A stretch of 60,680 bases of DNA, the filler included. It is 5 parts of 5 records of this genome, joined end to end, with 100 filler letters (N's around TTAATTAATTAA, not from the genome) between each part and the next. Parts side by side here need not be neighbours in the genome. Positions count along the whole stretch, not along the records: positions 7,512 to 35,316 come from SRR31156797_15572; 4 more parts are not named here. The stretch is one strand, 5' to 3'. Of the stretch, positions 10,959-20,213 are shown piece after piece; the first letter of the stretch is position 1; every line of letters begins with the position of its first letter. Made by a program: the position numbers and the translations under genes. Below the pieces are notes generated by a model. The model ran no database searches. It saw only the letters and a list, made by a program, of their open reading frames with translations, and had not been told where the DNA came from.

Positions 10959-11473
10959 AAAAGAACTATTTAATCTATTATTCAAATGTTTCACTAAGGG
11001 ATGAGTGGTTTGACCAATTGATGCGTTACGCAAATAAAACAAAAATCGGAATTGTTTCAAATTTGCTCCCCATTATTGGAAATCTTTCTGTTATGGAGAA
11101 CATATTAATTGCAGCTTACTACCATCATCGTACTACATATAAAGAAGCTGTTAAGCTTGTGACTTCTGATTTAAAGCGTTTCGATATGGAAGGTCATATG
11201 AATTCCAGAAGTAACGACCTTAACGATTTTGAGCGATTCCTCGTTAAATATCTTCAGGTTAGGTACCTCTGTCCTGAGTGGACGGTCTTTATCAGCCCTA
11301 GAAGAATGTATGTTGCTGAATACGAAGATAGATTTCATGAATTTTTACGTTGTGAAGACCTTCAGAAATCGGTTATTATAGAACACGTGTCAAACAGACA
11401 TCTTTTTGACGACGTTCCTGAATATAAAGAAAAGGACTATGACGCATGGGCGACCCAAGATTTAAGAATTTAG
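10955..11473 (+). CDS. Degenerate ABC ATPase-like protein in the MlaF position (no Walker A, signature or Walker B)
   Basis: KIGIVSN..NLSVMENI resembles the Q-loop/helical region; LNDFE replaces LSGGQ; WTVFISP replaces hhhhDEP; IIEH resembles the H-loop; ATGA overlap with mlaE. Confidence 0.7.
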   Translation: MKKNYLIYYSNVSLRDEWFDQLMRYANKTKIGIVSNLLPIIGNLSVMENILIAAYYHHRTTYKEAVKLVTSDLKRFDMEGHMNSRSNDLNDFERFLVKYLQVRYLCPEWTVFISPRRMYVAEYEDRFHEFLRCEDLQKSVIIEHVSNRHLFDDVPEYKEKDYDAWATQDLRI

Positions 11474-12462
11474 AACTTAAAGTCGGTTTTTTCATTTTTG
11501 CTGCGATCGTTATGATTGCGTTTATGGTTATCGGCTTTCTTATTACTCAAGATGTTTTCACCAGAAAAGTTAAGGTGGTGTTCATCGCTGAATCAGGCGA
11601 AGGGCTATCCAAGAGTATGCCTGTAATGTATTCAGGTTTTCAGCTTGCCCGTGTTCATAAAATTGAGCTTAGGGATGACGGACTTGTAGAGCTTCGTGCT
11701 AACATTCCTGAGAGATATAATAAATGGATTAAGTCCGATTCTGTTACTAAGATTCAGGCGCAGGGAGTTATCGGTGCTAATGCTATCGTTTTCTCTGGTG
11801 GTGCTGATATCGGGACAATCGATGACGGACAGAGCTATCAGCTACTCAGGGAGAAGGCGATTACTGACCTCCTTGTTAAGGTCGAGCCTATGATCAATGA
11901 CGTTAAGAGCATCCTTGAGAATGTGGACGAAGTTACTGAATCTATCACAGCGAAACGCCAGAAACTAGAAGACCTTATGGACGGTGTAGGTGCTGTTGGT
12001 CACGATCTCACGAATAAAGAGGGCTCTGTTGGCTATCTTGTTCGTTCTGACTACCTTAAAAACGAAGTTGAGAAGATAGTTAATAAAATCAAAACTATTG
12101 AAGACAATATACAGAAAATCACTGTCGCTGTTAATTCCAGAGTGGATGAGACCAAGCCTGTGATACAGAATTTTGACAAGGGACTCATTTCTATTAAGAA
12201 AGGAACAGATAAGATCGGAACCCTCGCTGGTAATCTTGATGAGACAGTTACCAAAACAGTTGAGACTATTCAGCCGACACTTAAAAACACTAACAAGATA
12301 ACAACGGATATAGCTGGTACTACAACTAATCTTGCAGATATCAGAGAGCAGACTGATGAGATACTGAACACCACTAACAGGATTCTACTTAACCTTGAGG
12401 AGAAGTGGCCTTTTAGTGACGGTACTGGTATCAAAACTGGTGAGAAGGTGCAGCTGCCATGA
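11446..12462 (+). CDS. mlaD: MlaD/MCE-domain protein with long helical C-terminus
   Basis: ELKVGFF N-terminal TM anchor, GLSKSMPVMYSGFQLARV MCE motif, about 200 aa of helix-like tail. Confidence 0.88.
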   Translation: MGDPRFKNLELKVGFFIFAAIVMIAFMVIGFLITQDVFTRKVKVVFIAESGEGLSKSMPVMYSGFQLARVHKIELRDDGLVELRANIPERYNKWIKSDSVTKIQAQGVIGANAIVFSGGADIGTIDDGQSYQLLREKAITDLLVKVEPMINDVKSILENVDEVTESITAKRQKLEDLMDGVGAVGHDLTNKEGSVGYLVRSDYLKNEVEKIVNKIKTIEDNIQKITVAVNSRVDETKPVIQNFDKGLISIKKGTDKIGTLAGNLDETVTKTVETIQPTLKNTNKITTDIAGTTTNLADIREQTDEILNTTNRILLNLEEKWPFSDGTGIKTGEKVQLP

Positions 12463-13133
12463 GAAAACTTCTAATACTTCTTACAATAGTGGCAACGATC
12501 AGTGCTTGCGGCGGGAAAGAGGCGCAGTCTCCTGATTTTCTATACGGCAGTAAACTATATAATAACTTTGTACAGTTTTACCTGAAAGGGAAAACAAGGC
12601 TCGCAGACATGGCTTTTGCTAACTCTGAGAACCAGTTCCTTAAAATGGATGCGTTGTGCAATTTGTCACGTATATATATAGGTAGGCTTGTGCTCGAAGA
12701 AGAAGATATGGACAATGCTGTTATGGCGAGAGCGGTTGAATATGCGAAGCTTGGCGAGTGTAATTCAGAAACCGCAGTTATTAGCTTCCTTAAAGGCGAA
12801 GAATATGATAAAAAGATTCTTCCTGAGCCTTATAGTCTTATTATTGAGGCGAAAGCGGAGAAGCTTGTTAAGGTTGCTGCTGATGATGAGCTGCCGGGAT
12901 ATACAAGAACAAGGCTTCTTAGGAAGGCGGCTTTACAGTATATAAACACTGACCCTGCAAAAGCTGAAACTACTGCAGAGGCTGCTCTGGTAATTGATAG
13001 ATTTCATGGATGGTCGCTTAATATACTTCGTGACTTAACCATTATCAAAGTTTCCAGAGAGAAAAGTGGAAAAGATTATAATGATATAAATAAAAGGATA
13101 GAGTTAGTTAAAGCGGTGCTGGGTAAAAAATAA
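12459..13133 (+). CDS. Putative lipoprotein, last gene of the MCE operon
   Basis: Signal peptide with lipobox ISAC; ATGA overlap with the MCE gene. Confidence 0.75.
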   Translation: MRKLLILLTIVATISACGGKEAQSPDFLYGSKLYNNFVQFYLKGKTRLADMAFANSENQFLKMDALCNLSRIYIGRLVLEEEDMDNAVMARAVEYAKLGECNSETAVISFLKGEEYDKKILPEPYSLIIEAKAEKLVKVAADDELPGYTRTRLLRKAALQYINTDPAKAETTAEAALVIDRFHGWSLNILRDLTIIKVSREKSGKDYNDINKRIELVKAVLGKK

Positions 13134-13155
13134 TCACCTATTGATCAAAAAGTAG

Positions 13156-13596
<441 letters not shown>

Positions 13597-13635
13597 TAAA
13601 AATTGAAATAAACGTGTTATTATTTAGGAGGCGAC

Positions 13636-15042
13636 ATGACAGCTAAAGAAGCAATTAAATTTATCGAGGAAAACGGTGCTAAGCTCGTTGACCTTAGATT
13701 CACAGACTTTATAGGACAGTGGCAACACACTACTGTACCAGCTCACGAAATTACAGAGGACTTCTTTGAAGATGGTCTCGGTTTTGATGGTTCTTCTATC
13801 AGAGGATGGCAGGCAATCAACAACTCAGATATGATTATGCTCCCGGACCCTGCAACAATTAAAATGGATCCTTACACAGAGGTTCCAACAGCATACATGC
13901 TTTGTAATATCTTTGATCCTATCAGCAAAGAGCGTTACACAAAAGACCCTAGAAGCATCGCTACAAAAGCTATTCAGTACCTTCAGTCCACAGGTCTTGC
14001 AGATAATGCATACTTCGGACCAGAGGCTGAGTTCTTCTGTTTTGATAATGTACAGTATGATTCTACAAAGAACTCTTCATACTACTTCCTCGATTCTGAG
14101 GAAGGCGACTGGAACACTGGCGCTGAAGGCAGTAACCTCGGTTACAAGATCAGACCAAAAGAGGGATACTTCCCGGTTCCACCACTCGACTCACTCTTCA
14201 ACCTTAGAAACGAAATGGTTATGACAATGGAAGATCAAGGTCTTTACATTGAAAACTCACACCACGAAGTTGCTTCAGGTGGTCAGTGTGAAATCGACAT
14301 GAGATTCAACGATATGATCAGCATGTCTGACGACCTTCAGACATTCAAATACATCGTAAAGAACACATCTATGAAGCACGGCAAGTCTGCTACATTCATG
14401 CCTAAGCCGCTTCATAATGATAACGGTTCCGGTATGCACGTTCACCAGTCACTCTGGAAAGATGGTAAGCCACTTTTCGCTGGTGAGGAATACGCTGGAC
14501 TTTCAGAGATGGCTCTTTACTACATCGGTGGTATCATCAAGCACGCTCACACAATCGCGGCATTCTCTAACCCTACTACAAACTCTTACAAGAGACTTGT
14601 ACCTGGTTTCGAGGCTCCTGTTTCTCTTGCTTACTCATCAAGAAACAGATCAGCTTCCCTCAGAATCCCAATGTACAGCCCATCACCAAAGGCTAAGCGT
14701 GTTGAAGTAAGATTCCCAGACCCAATGGCTAACCCATACATGGCATTCACAGTAATGCTTATGGCTGGTCTTGACGGAATCCAGAACAAAATTGATCCAG
14801 GCGAGCCAATGGACAAGAACCTTTACGATCTTGATCCAATTGAGCTTTCATCTATCCCACAGATGCCATCTTCACTTGAGCAGGCTATTGACTCTCTTGA
14901 GAAAGATCACGATTTCCTTCTTAAAGGCGACGTGTTCACAGAAGATGTTATCGCTAGCTGGATTGAGTGGAAGAGAGGCGAGATCTCTGAGCTTAACTCA
15001 AGACCTCACCCATACGAATTCTTCATGTACTACGATAACTAA
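13636..15042 (+). CDS. glnA: Glutamine synthetase type I
   Basis: FDGSSI, HHEVA, FMPKP..DNGSGMH, NRSASLRIP, adenylylation site NLYDL. Confidence 0.98.
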   Translation: MTAKEAIKFIEENGAKLVDLRFTDFIGQWQHTTVPAHEITEDFFEDGLGFDGSSIRGWQAINNSDMIMLPDPATIKMDPYTEVPTAYMLCNIFDPISKERYTKDPRSIATKAIQYLQSTGLADNAYFGPEAEFFCFDNVQYDSTKNSSYYFLDSEEGDWNTGAEGSNLGYKIRPKEGYFPVPPLDSLFNLRNEMVMTMEDQGLYIENSHHEVASGGQCEIDMRFNDMISMSDDLQTFKYIVKNTSMKHGKSATFMPKPLHNDNGSGMHVHQSLWKDGKPLFAGEEYAGLSEMALYYIGGIIKHAHTIAAFSNPTTNSYKRLVPGFEAPVSLAYSSRNRSASLRIPMYSPSPKAKRVEVRFPDPMANPYMAFTVMLMAGLDGIQNKIDPGEPMDKNLYDLDPIELSSIPQMPSSLEQAIDSLEKDHDFLLKGDVFTEDVIASWIEWKRGEISELNSRPHPYEFFMYYDN

Positions 15043-15064
15043 GATATACTCTACTATATCTATC

Positions 15065-15092
15065 AAAAGGGGAGCTTCGGCTCCCTTTTTTT
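15065..15092 (+). terminator. Intrinsic terminator after glnA
   Basis: AAAAGGGGAGC-TTCG-GCTCCCTTTTTTT. Confidence 0.9.
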
Positions 15093-15163
15093 GGCTTAAT
15101 TTCACTACAGACATTAAATAGATCATTAATAACAAGAAGGTTAGTGCTTAAATAAAATAAAAC

Positions 15164-15193
15164 TTGACAGCTTACCTACTGGTAAGTTATGTT
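15164..15193 (+). promoter_or_regulatory. Sigma70 promoter of the TetR gene with a palindromic operator in the spacer
   Basis: TTGACA (15164) and TATGTT (15188); CTTACC-TACT-GGTAAG lies between them. Confidence 0.75.
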
Positions 15194-15221
15194 GAGAACA
15201 CAGTAAGGATAAGGGTGATTA

Positions 15222-15794
15222 ATGACTAGTGACAGAAAACAGGAGATATTAGAAATTACCGCTGAGCTAATGCAAAAGAGAGCATTCTCTGCTTTCAGCT
15301 TTCAAGATATAGCTGATAGACTTGGGATATCTAAGGCCGCTATACATAGTCACTACCGCACAAAAGAGATACTCGGAATCGCACTTTTAGAGAAATATTA
15401 TGATGAAATTGATCAAATACTAAGAGATATAGATGACTCAGGAGGAGATGCCTGGGAGAAGTTTGACGCATTTATAGCTATCGATAGGAAGTATATTGTT
15501 GATGAAAAGAAAGTATGTCCTGTCACTGTGCTCCAATTGGAGATTAATGTTATCCCTGAATCATTGCAAAAGGGCGTAAGCAGGATATATAAAATGAGCA
15601 ACTCATGGATAACTAAGTTACTTGAGCAAGGTATCTCAGAGGGGAAAATGTCATTTCGGGGGAGTGCTGAAAATCAGGCGACATTAGTTACCGGTGCTTT
15701 AATAGGCGCATTTCTGAACTCGAGAGCTGAGGGTAGTAATATTTTTGATATTATTGTAGATCAGCTTAAAAATAGTATGAAACCTACAGAATAA
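15222..15794 (+). CDS. TetR-family transcriptional regulator (NemR/LmrA-like)
   Basis: N-terminal HTH FSFQDIADRLGISKAAIHSHYRTKE; central CP motif. Confidence 0.93.
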   Translation: MTSDRKQEILEITAELMQKRAFSAFSFQDIADRLGISKAAIHSHYRTKEILGIALLEKYYDEIDQILRDIDDSGGDAWEKFDAFIAIDRKYIVDEKKVCPVTVLQLEINVIPESLQKGVSRIYKMSNSWITKLLEQGISEGKMSFRGSAENQATLVTGALIGAFLNSRAEGSNIFDIIVDQLKNSMKPTE

Positions 15795-15853
15795 AGTATA
15801 AATGTCTTATGTTGATATAGTTTCTAAATATATATATTTTTGTCGAGACGATG

Positions 15854-15869
15854 CTTACCTACTAGTAAG
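15854..15869 (+). promoter_or_regulatory. Second copy of the TetR operator, upstream of the DUF3795 gene
   Basis: CTTACCTACTAGTAAG, 15/16 identical to the copy at 15171-15186. Confidence 0.75.
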
Positions 15870-15959
15870 TAATAAAAAGTAATGCGAGAATCGTGTTGCT
15901 ATAAATATTAGCAATCTGGCTGGAAGCATTTTAAATAAAAGTTCTATAAGGAGAAAGTA

Positions 15960-16403
15960 ATGGATGTAAAAAAACTGGCTGCACCGTGTGGTCTAGCCTG
16001 TTGGGCTTGCGCTGCTTACAAAGAGAATATCACAGATGATTTTGCTAAACAAATCGCTAGTATGATGGGTGTTGATGCGGGTGATGTCTCTTGTGAGGGG
16101 TGCAGAAGTGAGAGAGGGTGCTCGTTAGAGCCTGTATTATCGTGTGGTGAGGGCTGTTTCACTAAGAAATGCGTATCAGGCAAGGGGCTTCATAACTGTT
16201 CTGAGTGTAATGAGTTCCCTTGCGAGTACCTTATGCCGGTTGTGGATTTATCAGATAAAGTTCCTCATAACACTAAGATATATAATCTAAGCAGAATCAA
16301 ATTGATTGGGCTTGATGCTTGGGCTGAAGAGGCTGTTCTCATACAGAAAAAATATTTTCAGGGTAAATTTGTATACGGACAAGCGCCATCACTTGAAGAC
16401 TAG
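15960..16403 (+). CDS. DUF3795-like Cys-rich protein
   Basis: APCGLACWAC, CEGCR, CFTKKC, CSECNEFPC pattern. Confidence 0.85.
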   Translation: MDVKKLAAPCGLACWACAAYKENITDDFAKQIASMMGVDAGDVSCEGCRSERGCSLEPVLSCGEGCFTKKCVSGKGLHNCSECNEFPCEYLMPVVDLSDKVPHNTKIYNLSRIKLIGLDAWAEEAVLIQKKYFQGKFVYGQAPSLED

Positions 16404-16452
16404 TTTTACTTTGCTGTTGACTGTACTGAACATATGCTATTAAAATCAACAT

Positions 16453-17271
16453 ATGAAGATAACAATCATAGCAGATAACTATGTAGACACAGCTTGTATG
16501 GTGGCGGAGCACGGATTTGCGTGCCTCATTGAAACTGGTGAAAAAAAGATACTTTTTGACACAGGGCAGGGGCAGGCTCTTCTGAATAATATGCAGCATA
16601 TGGGTATCAGCAAAGATATAGATATGCTTGTCTTTTCTCACGGGCACTACGACCATACAGGCGGTCTTTCCCGCTATCTGGTAGAATTATCCGAATATAC
16701 ATCAGATATTTATGCGAGCAAGTTCCTTTTTGATGAACACCTTAAAAAGGGTGAGTCTGGATATTCCTATCTCGGAATAGGTACTGAAAAACCTGATATT
16801 GAGAAGCATTACAACCTTCACCTGAATGATAGCGCTGTTGAGATAGCTGATGATATAATCTTATCCGGTTCTGTTAAACGTTACGAAGAGTTCAATGCTG
16901 ACAAGCTGTTATGTAGTAAGGTTGATGGAGAGTATGGTAAGGATATGTTCAGAGATGAGCAGTATCTTGTTGTTAAAGTGGATGCGGGCATACATATTGT
17001 AACTGGTTGCACACATTGCGGCGCAGTGAACATGTTTAAAGATGTTAAAGAAAAATTTCCTAATGATAAACTGCTTTCCGTTACAGGTGGGCTACACATG
17101 TTTCGCTCCACGGAATCTCAGACCGAACATGTTATAAAATTCCTTGAAACAGAAGATGTTGAGAGTATAAATACAGGTCACTGTACCGGATTAGACGCTG
17201 CTATTCAGATGAAAAACAGACTCGGAGATAAAGTGACTATAACAAAAGCGGGTATGATCATTCAGCTCTGA
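16453..17271 (+). CDS. Metallo-beta-lactamase-fold hydrolase
   Basis: AEHGF, LFDTG, SHGHYDHTGGL, TGCTHCG, GGLHM, GHCTG. Confidence 0.92.
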   Translation: MKITIIADNYVDTACMVAEHGFACLIETGEKKILFDTGQGQALLNNMQHMGISKDIDMLVFSHGHYDHTGGLSRYLVELSEYTSDIYASKFLFDEHLKKGESGYSYLGIGTEKPDIEKHYNLHLNDSAVEIADDIILSGSVKRYEEFNADKLLCSKVDGEYGKDMFRDEQYLVVKVDAGIHIVTGCTHCGAVNMFKDVKEKFPNDKLLSVTGGLHMFRSTESQTEHVIKFLETEDVESINTGHCTGLDAAIQMKNRLGDKVTITKAGMIIQL

Positions 17272-17546
17272 TCGTTTGAGTTCTCTTCATATTTTTTAAT
17301 AATCAGCTCAGCCTCTGTTGGAGGTTCGCGCTTTATCAGCTTACTCCCCTTGCACTTACTGCAAACATTTTTCGTAAGCAACAACCATATCGACGACAGT
17401 ATAATAGCGGGCACACCAATCATCGTCCCGAAAAAGGGGACTATTGAGAAAAATATTGCTGAAAATGCCAGCACTATCGCAGCGTAATAATTTTTTTTGG
17501 TCACATCGACCATTTCGTTGCACTCTTTGCACCATCTTTGACCCAT
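17262..17546 (-). CDS. Small membrane protein with split zinc-ribbon (CxxC-TM-CxxC)
   Basis: CKEC, hydrophobic hairpin, CSKC; start chosen at ATG 17546 (ORF extends to 17666). Confidence 0.6.
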   Translation of the reverse strand: MGQRWCKECNEMVDVTKKNYYAAIVLAFSAIFFSIVPFFGTMIGVPAIILSSIWLLLTKNVCSKCKGSKLIKREPPTEAELIIKKYEENSNDQS

Positions 17547-17731
17547 GTCTCTTTCTAGCAGATAATATCTTTTATTACAAGGCTGACAGTAGTATATCGA
17601 CGTTAAACATATCCATTTATACGAAACCATATAATCACCCACATGAAGAGCTAAGACCTTTGTCATGTTACAGGTCTAAATAGGCGGGTGCTTGTGGGTT
17701 TGTGCCCGCCTCTTCAAAATATGAGGTAGCT

Positions 17732-18193
17732 ATGGAAGAGATAATCAGAAGAGTAAAATTATTCGAAGGTTTCAGCGAAAAGCCTTACGTTTGCCCTGCT
17801 GGAAAGTGGACAATCGGCTACGGTTACAACTATCAGGATAGAGGTTTCACAACAGAAGCTATGACAGAAATACTTAAAGACGGTTTCACAAAAGAGCTTG
17901 CGGAAAAGCTTCTCAAGGTTGACGTAGAACATTGCGTGATGACTGTTGAAAAGGTTTATCCGTTTTATCACGGGCTATCAAAACCTAGGCAGGCTGTGGT
18001 CGTTGATATGGTTTACCAGATGGGGCTTGGCGGTTTCCAGAAATTCAGAAAGATGATCTCGGCTCTTGTCCTTGGCGACTATAAACAGGCGGCTAAAGAG
18101 ATGAAAGACAGCAGGTGGTTTAAACAGTCCGGACGCAGAAGCGCAATTAATGTTGATCAGATGCTCTCTGGAGAGTGGAAGGAGGTTGAATAA
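17732..18193 (+). CDS. Phage-type lysozyme (GH24, T4-like)
   Basis: E-x8-C-x5-T triad in FEGFSEKPYVCPAGKWTIGYG; DMVYQMG and DSRWFKQ; GAGG RBS before ATG 17732. Confidence 0.9.
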   Translation: MEEIIRRVKLFEGFSEKPYVCPAGKWTIGYGYNYQDRGFTTEAMTEILKDGFTKELAEKLLKVDVEHCVMTVEKVYPFYHGLSKPRQAVVVDMVYQMGLGGFQKFRKMISALVLGDYKQAAKEMKDSRWFKQSGRRSAINVDQMLSGEWKEVE

Positions 18194-18372
18194 TGATTGG
18201 GATATTAGCAAAAGTTTTTACAACGGTTCTTGGCAATTTTTTCTACGCTTTTTTTACAGAAAAGCTGATTTCTAAGCTGATAATTGAATTGCTCCGAATA
18301 GTAGCACGCAAAACAACAAACACTCTTGATGATACTCTTGTGGAAGAGGTTGCATCCAATCTGAAACTTTAA
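18193..18372 (+). CDS. 59-aa protein absent from the ORF track; putative holin-like lysis accessory protein
   Basis: TAATG overlap with the lysozyme stop, GGAGG RBS; MIGILAKVFTTVLGNFFYAFFTEKLISKLIIELLRIVARKTTNTLDDTLVEEVASNLKL. Confidence 0.65.
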   Translation: MIGILAKVFTTVLGNFFYAFFTEKLISKLIIELLRIVARKTTNTLDDTLVEEVASNLKL

Positions 18373-18767
18373 GATTTATAAGCTATGGTCAGGGCGAAAT
18401 TAATGTTTTTAAGAAAGACTTCCACAGTCTTAAAACCAGCTTTTTGAAGCATCAATGTTTGCTCAGAGAGCTTGAGTGGCTTGTCTTTTTCTAGGTGAAG
18501 GGGTATCCATTTCTCATCAACTTCTTCTTCGATAAGATTTTTTAACATGAAATTCCGCCAAAGTTTCATATATGCTTGTTGGGTTTTATCTGTTTCACCC
18601 TTTATGATATCAGCGGAGATATACACCCCACCAGATTCGAGGCAGGAGTATATTTTGTTGTATGCATTCTGGCGTTCTTCAACTGACTGGATATTATGCA
18701 TAACCATTATAGTAGTTACTGCACTGTGGCTATAATCTATCTTAAAGCTTTCTGATAAAGTCATCAT
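18369..18767 (-). pseudogene. C-terminal fragment of a class I SAM-dependent methyltransferase (CmoA-like)
   Basis: MVMHNI, KIYSCLESGGVYISAD, LQKAGFKTVEV present; no N-terminal GxGxG SAM-binding motif before the upstream in-frame stop. Confidence 0.6.
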
Positions 18768-18806
18768 ACTGTTTGGCTTGTTTGCTATAAGAGTTTGATA
18801 CTTTAC

Positions 18807-19013
18807 TCATTTTTTCCTAATTTCTGTTACTGATTCACCGCCTATTCCATAGTTATCAGTTTCAACTTCATTGATCATTACGACCATTGTTTTTGCTCCT
18901 CGTCCGTCGAAAACATCAACGAAAACTTTAGTAAACCCTTCAATTAGAGCCTTCTTCTCTTCAGCTGTGGCACCGCCGTTCTCTTTTGTCATGGTAAGGT
19001 TAAGTGTTGGCAT
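18807..19013 (-). CDS. 4-oxalocrotonate tautomerase family protein
   Basis: Pro1 after Met, 68 aa, EKKALI..T..V.INEV..NYGIGG. Confidence 0.9.
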   Translation of the reverse strand: MPTLNLTMTKENGGATAEEKKALIEGFTKVFVDVFDGRGAKTMVVMINEVETDNYGIGGESVTEIRKK

Positions 19014-20142
19014 GTTTCTCTCCTTTTTTAATAATTATAATGAGTAGTCCGCCTATGGCAACTGCAAATGCCGCCATGAGGACTGGTATGTCGAATCCGC
19101 CTGTTTTGTCTGCGATATACCCGCCGATAACAGGACCTATCATCTGCCCCAGACTGAAATAAACAGTTAATACAGAAGTAGTTGTACCGCCAGGGCTTAT
19201 TTTTCGTCCGTAAGCGAGAGTGAGTGAGACTATACCGAGAAATGTTCCGCCGTAGCCGACAGCACCGAGCATAGTCGAAAAAAGTCCGCCTGAGATTACT
19301 GGCAAAGCTATGGCGACAGTCTGTACAGCGAAAGCGATGATTATAGCATTCGCAAGTCCTGTTCTCCTGGCTAATATCGCCCATAAAGGTGTGATGAAAA
19401 CAGCTCCGAGACCGGCTATAACCCAGACGTATCCTGAAAGCATAACTGAACCTGTCCCACGCATAACGATCACGGATATGAATGTTCCGGTGATGATATA
19501 TCCAGCACCTTCGAGAAGGTATGACGCCGATAGTAAATATATAAGTTTATTTGTGGATTTATCGTTTTTAGGTACTGTACGTCCTTTTGTTTCAGGTTTT
19601 GGTGTTAAAAACATTGCGAAAAGAGCCGGTGGGATGCACAGAGCCGCAAGCCAGAGCCATATCTCACCAGAGCTGAAAAATTTTGATAAAAGGGGGATAG
19701 TCATACCGGATAAAACCATTCCGCTCCCTATTCCGCTGAAGATGATACCGCCGTATTGAGGTTTATTAACCTTTGATAAATAGTCGAAAATAAACTCCGC
19801 AGCTATTACAAAAACCACAGCAGAGAGGAATCCGGAGAAAAATCTTACCGTATACCATAGCGGATAGTTGAATATGTACATAAGGGCGACAAGGGCTATG
19901 CTGATCGGTACAGACACAACAAAAAATAGGTGTGCACGCTTAGAGACAGAGAGAAATCTGGCATAAATTGCGCCCAGAAGATAACCGAGATAATTTATAG
20001 ATGCGAGTGCACCGGAAACTGTGTCGCTGAATCCGTAGTCAGACTGCATAAGTGGGAGCACAGGGGTGAAAGCGAATCTTGCAACACCCATAGCCAGAAA
20101 GAGAGTTGATGCGCCGCCTAGCAGTGCGTATAATATTTTCAT
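19000..20142 (-). CDS. YbfB/YjiJ-family MFS transporter
   Basis: AMGVARFAFTPVLPLM, LASINYLGYLLGA, EGAGYII motifs; about 12 TM segments. Confidence 0.9.
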   Translation of the reverse strand: MKILYALLGGASTLFLAMGVARFAFTPVLPLMQSDYGFSDTVSGALASINYLGYLLGAIYARFLSVSKRAHLFFVVSVPISIALVALMYIFNYPLWYTVRFFSGFLSAVVFVIAAEFIFDYLSKVNKPQYGGIIFSGIGSGMVLSGMTIPLLSKFFSSGEIWLWLAALCIPPALFAMFLTPKPETKGRTVPKNDKSTNKLIYLLSASYLLEGAGYIITGTFISVIVMRGTGSVMLSGYVWVIAGLGAVFITPLWAILARRTGLANAIIIAFAVQTVAIALPVISGGLFSTMLGAVGYGGTFLGIVSLTLAYGRKISPGGTTTSVLTVYFSLGQMIGPVIGGYIADKTGGFDIPVLMAAFAVAIGGLLIIIIKKGEKHANT

Positions 20143-20213
20143 ATTGATATTATAACTGTTAGTGATATTATTACAAATGAAAATAAGTGATGGTAATCAT
20201 TAAGGATAGTGAT

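Noticed and set aside
18760-18809. Selenocysteine recoding of the tautomerase TGA
   Set aside because: The TGA is at the normal end of a tautomerase, does not replace a Cys, and no SECIS-like hairpin is evident downstream.
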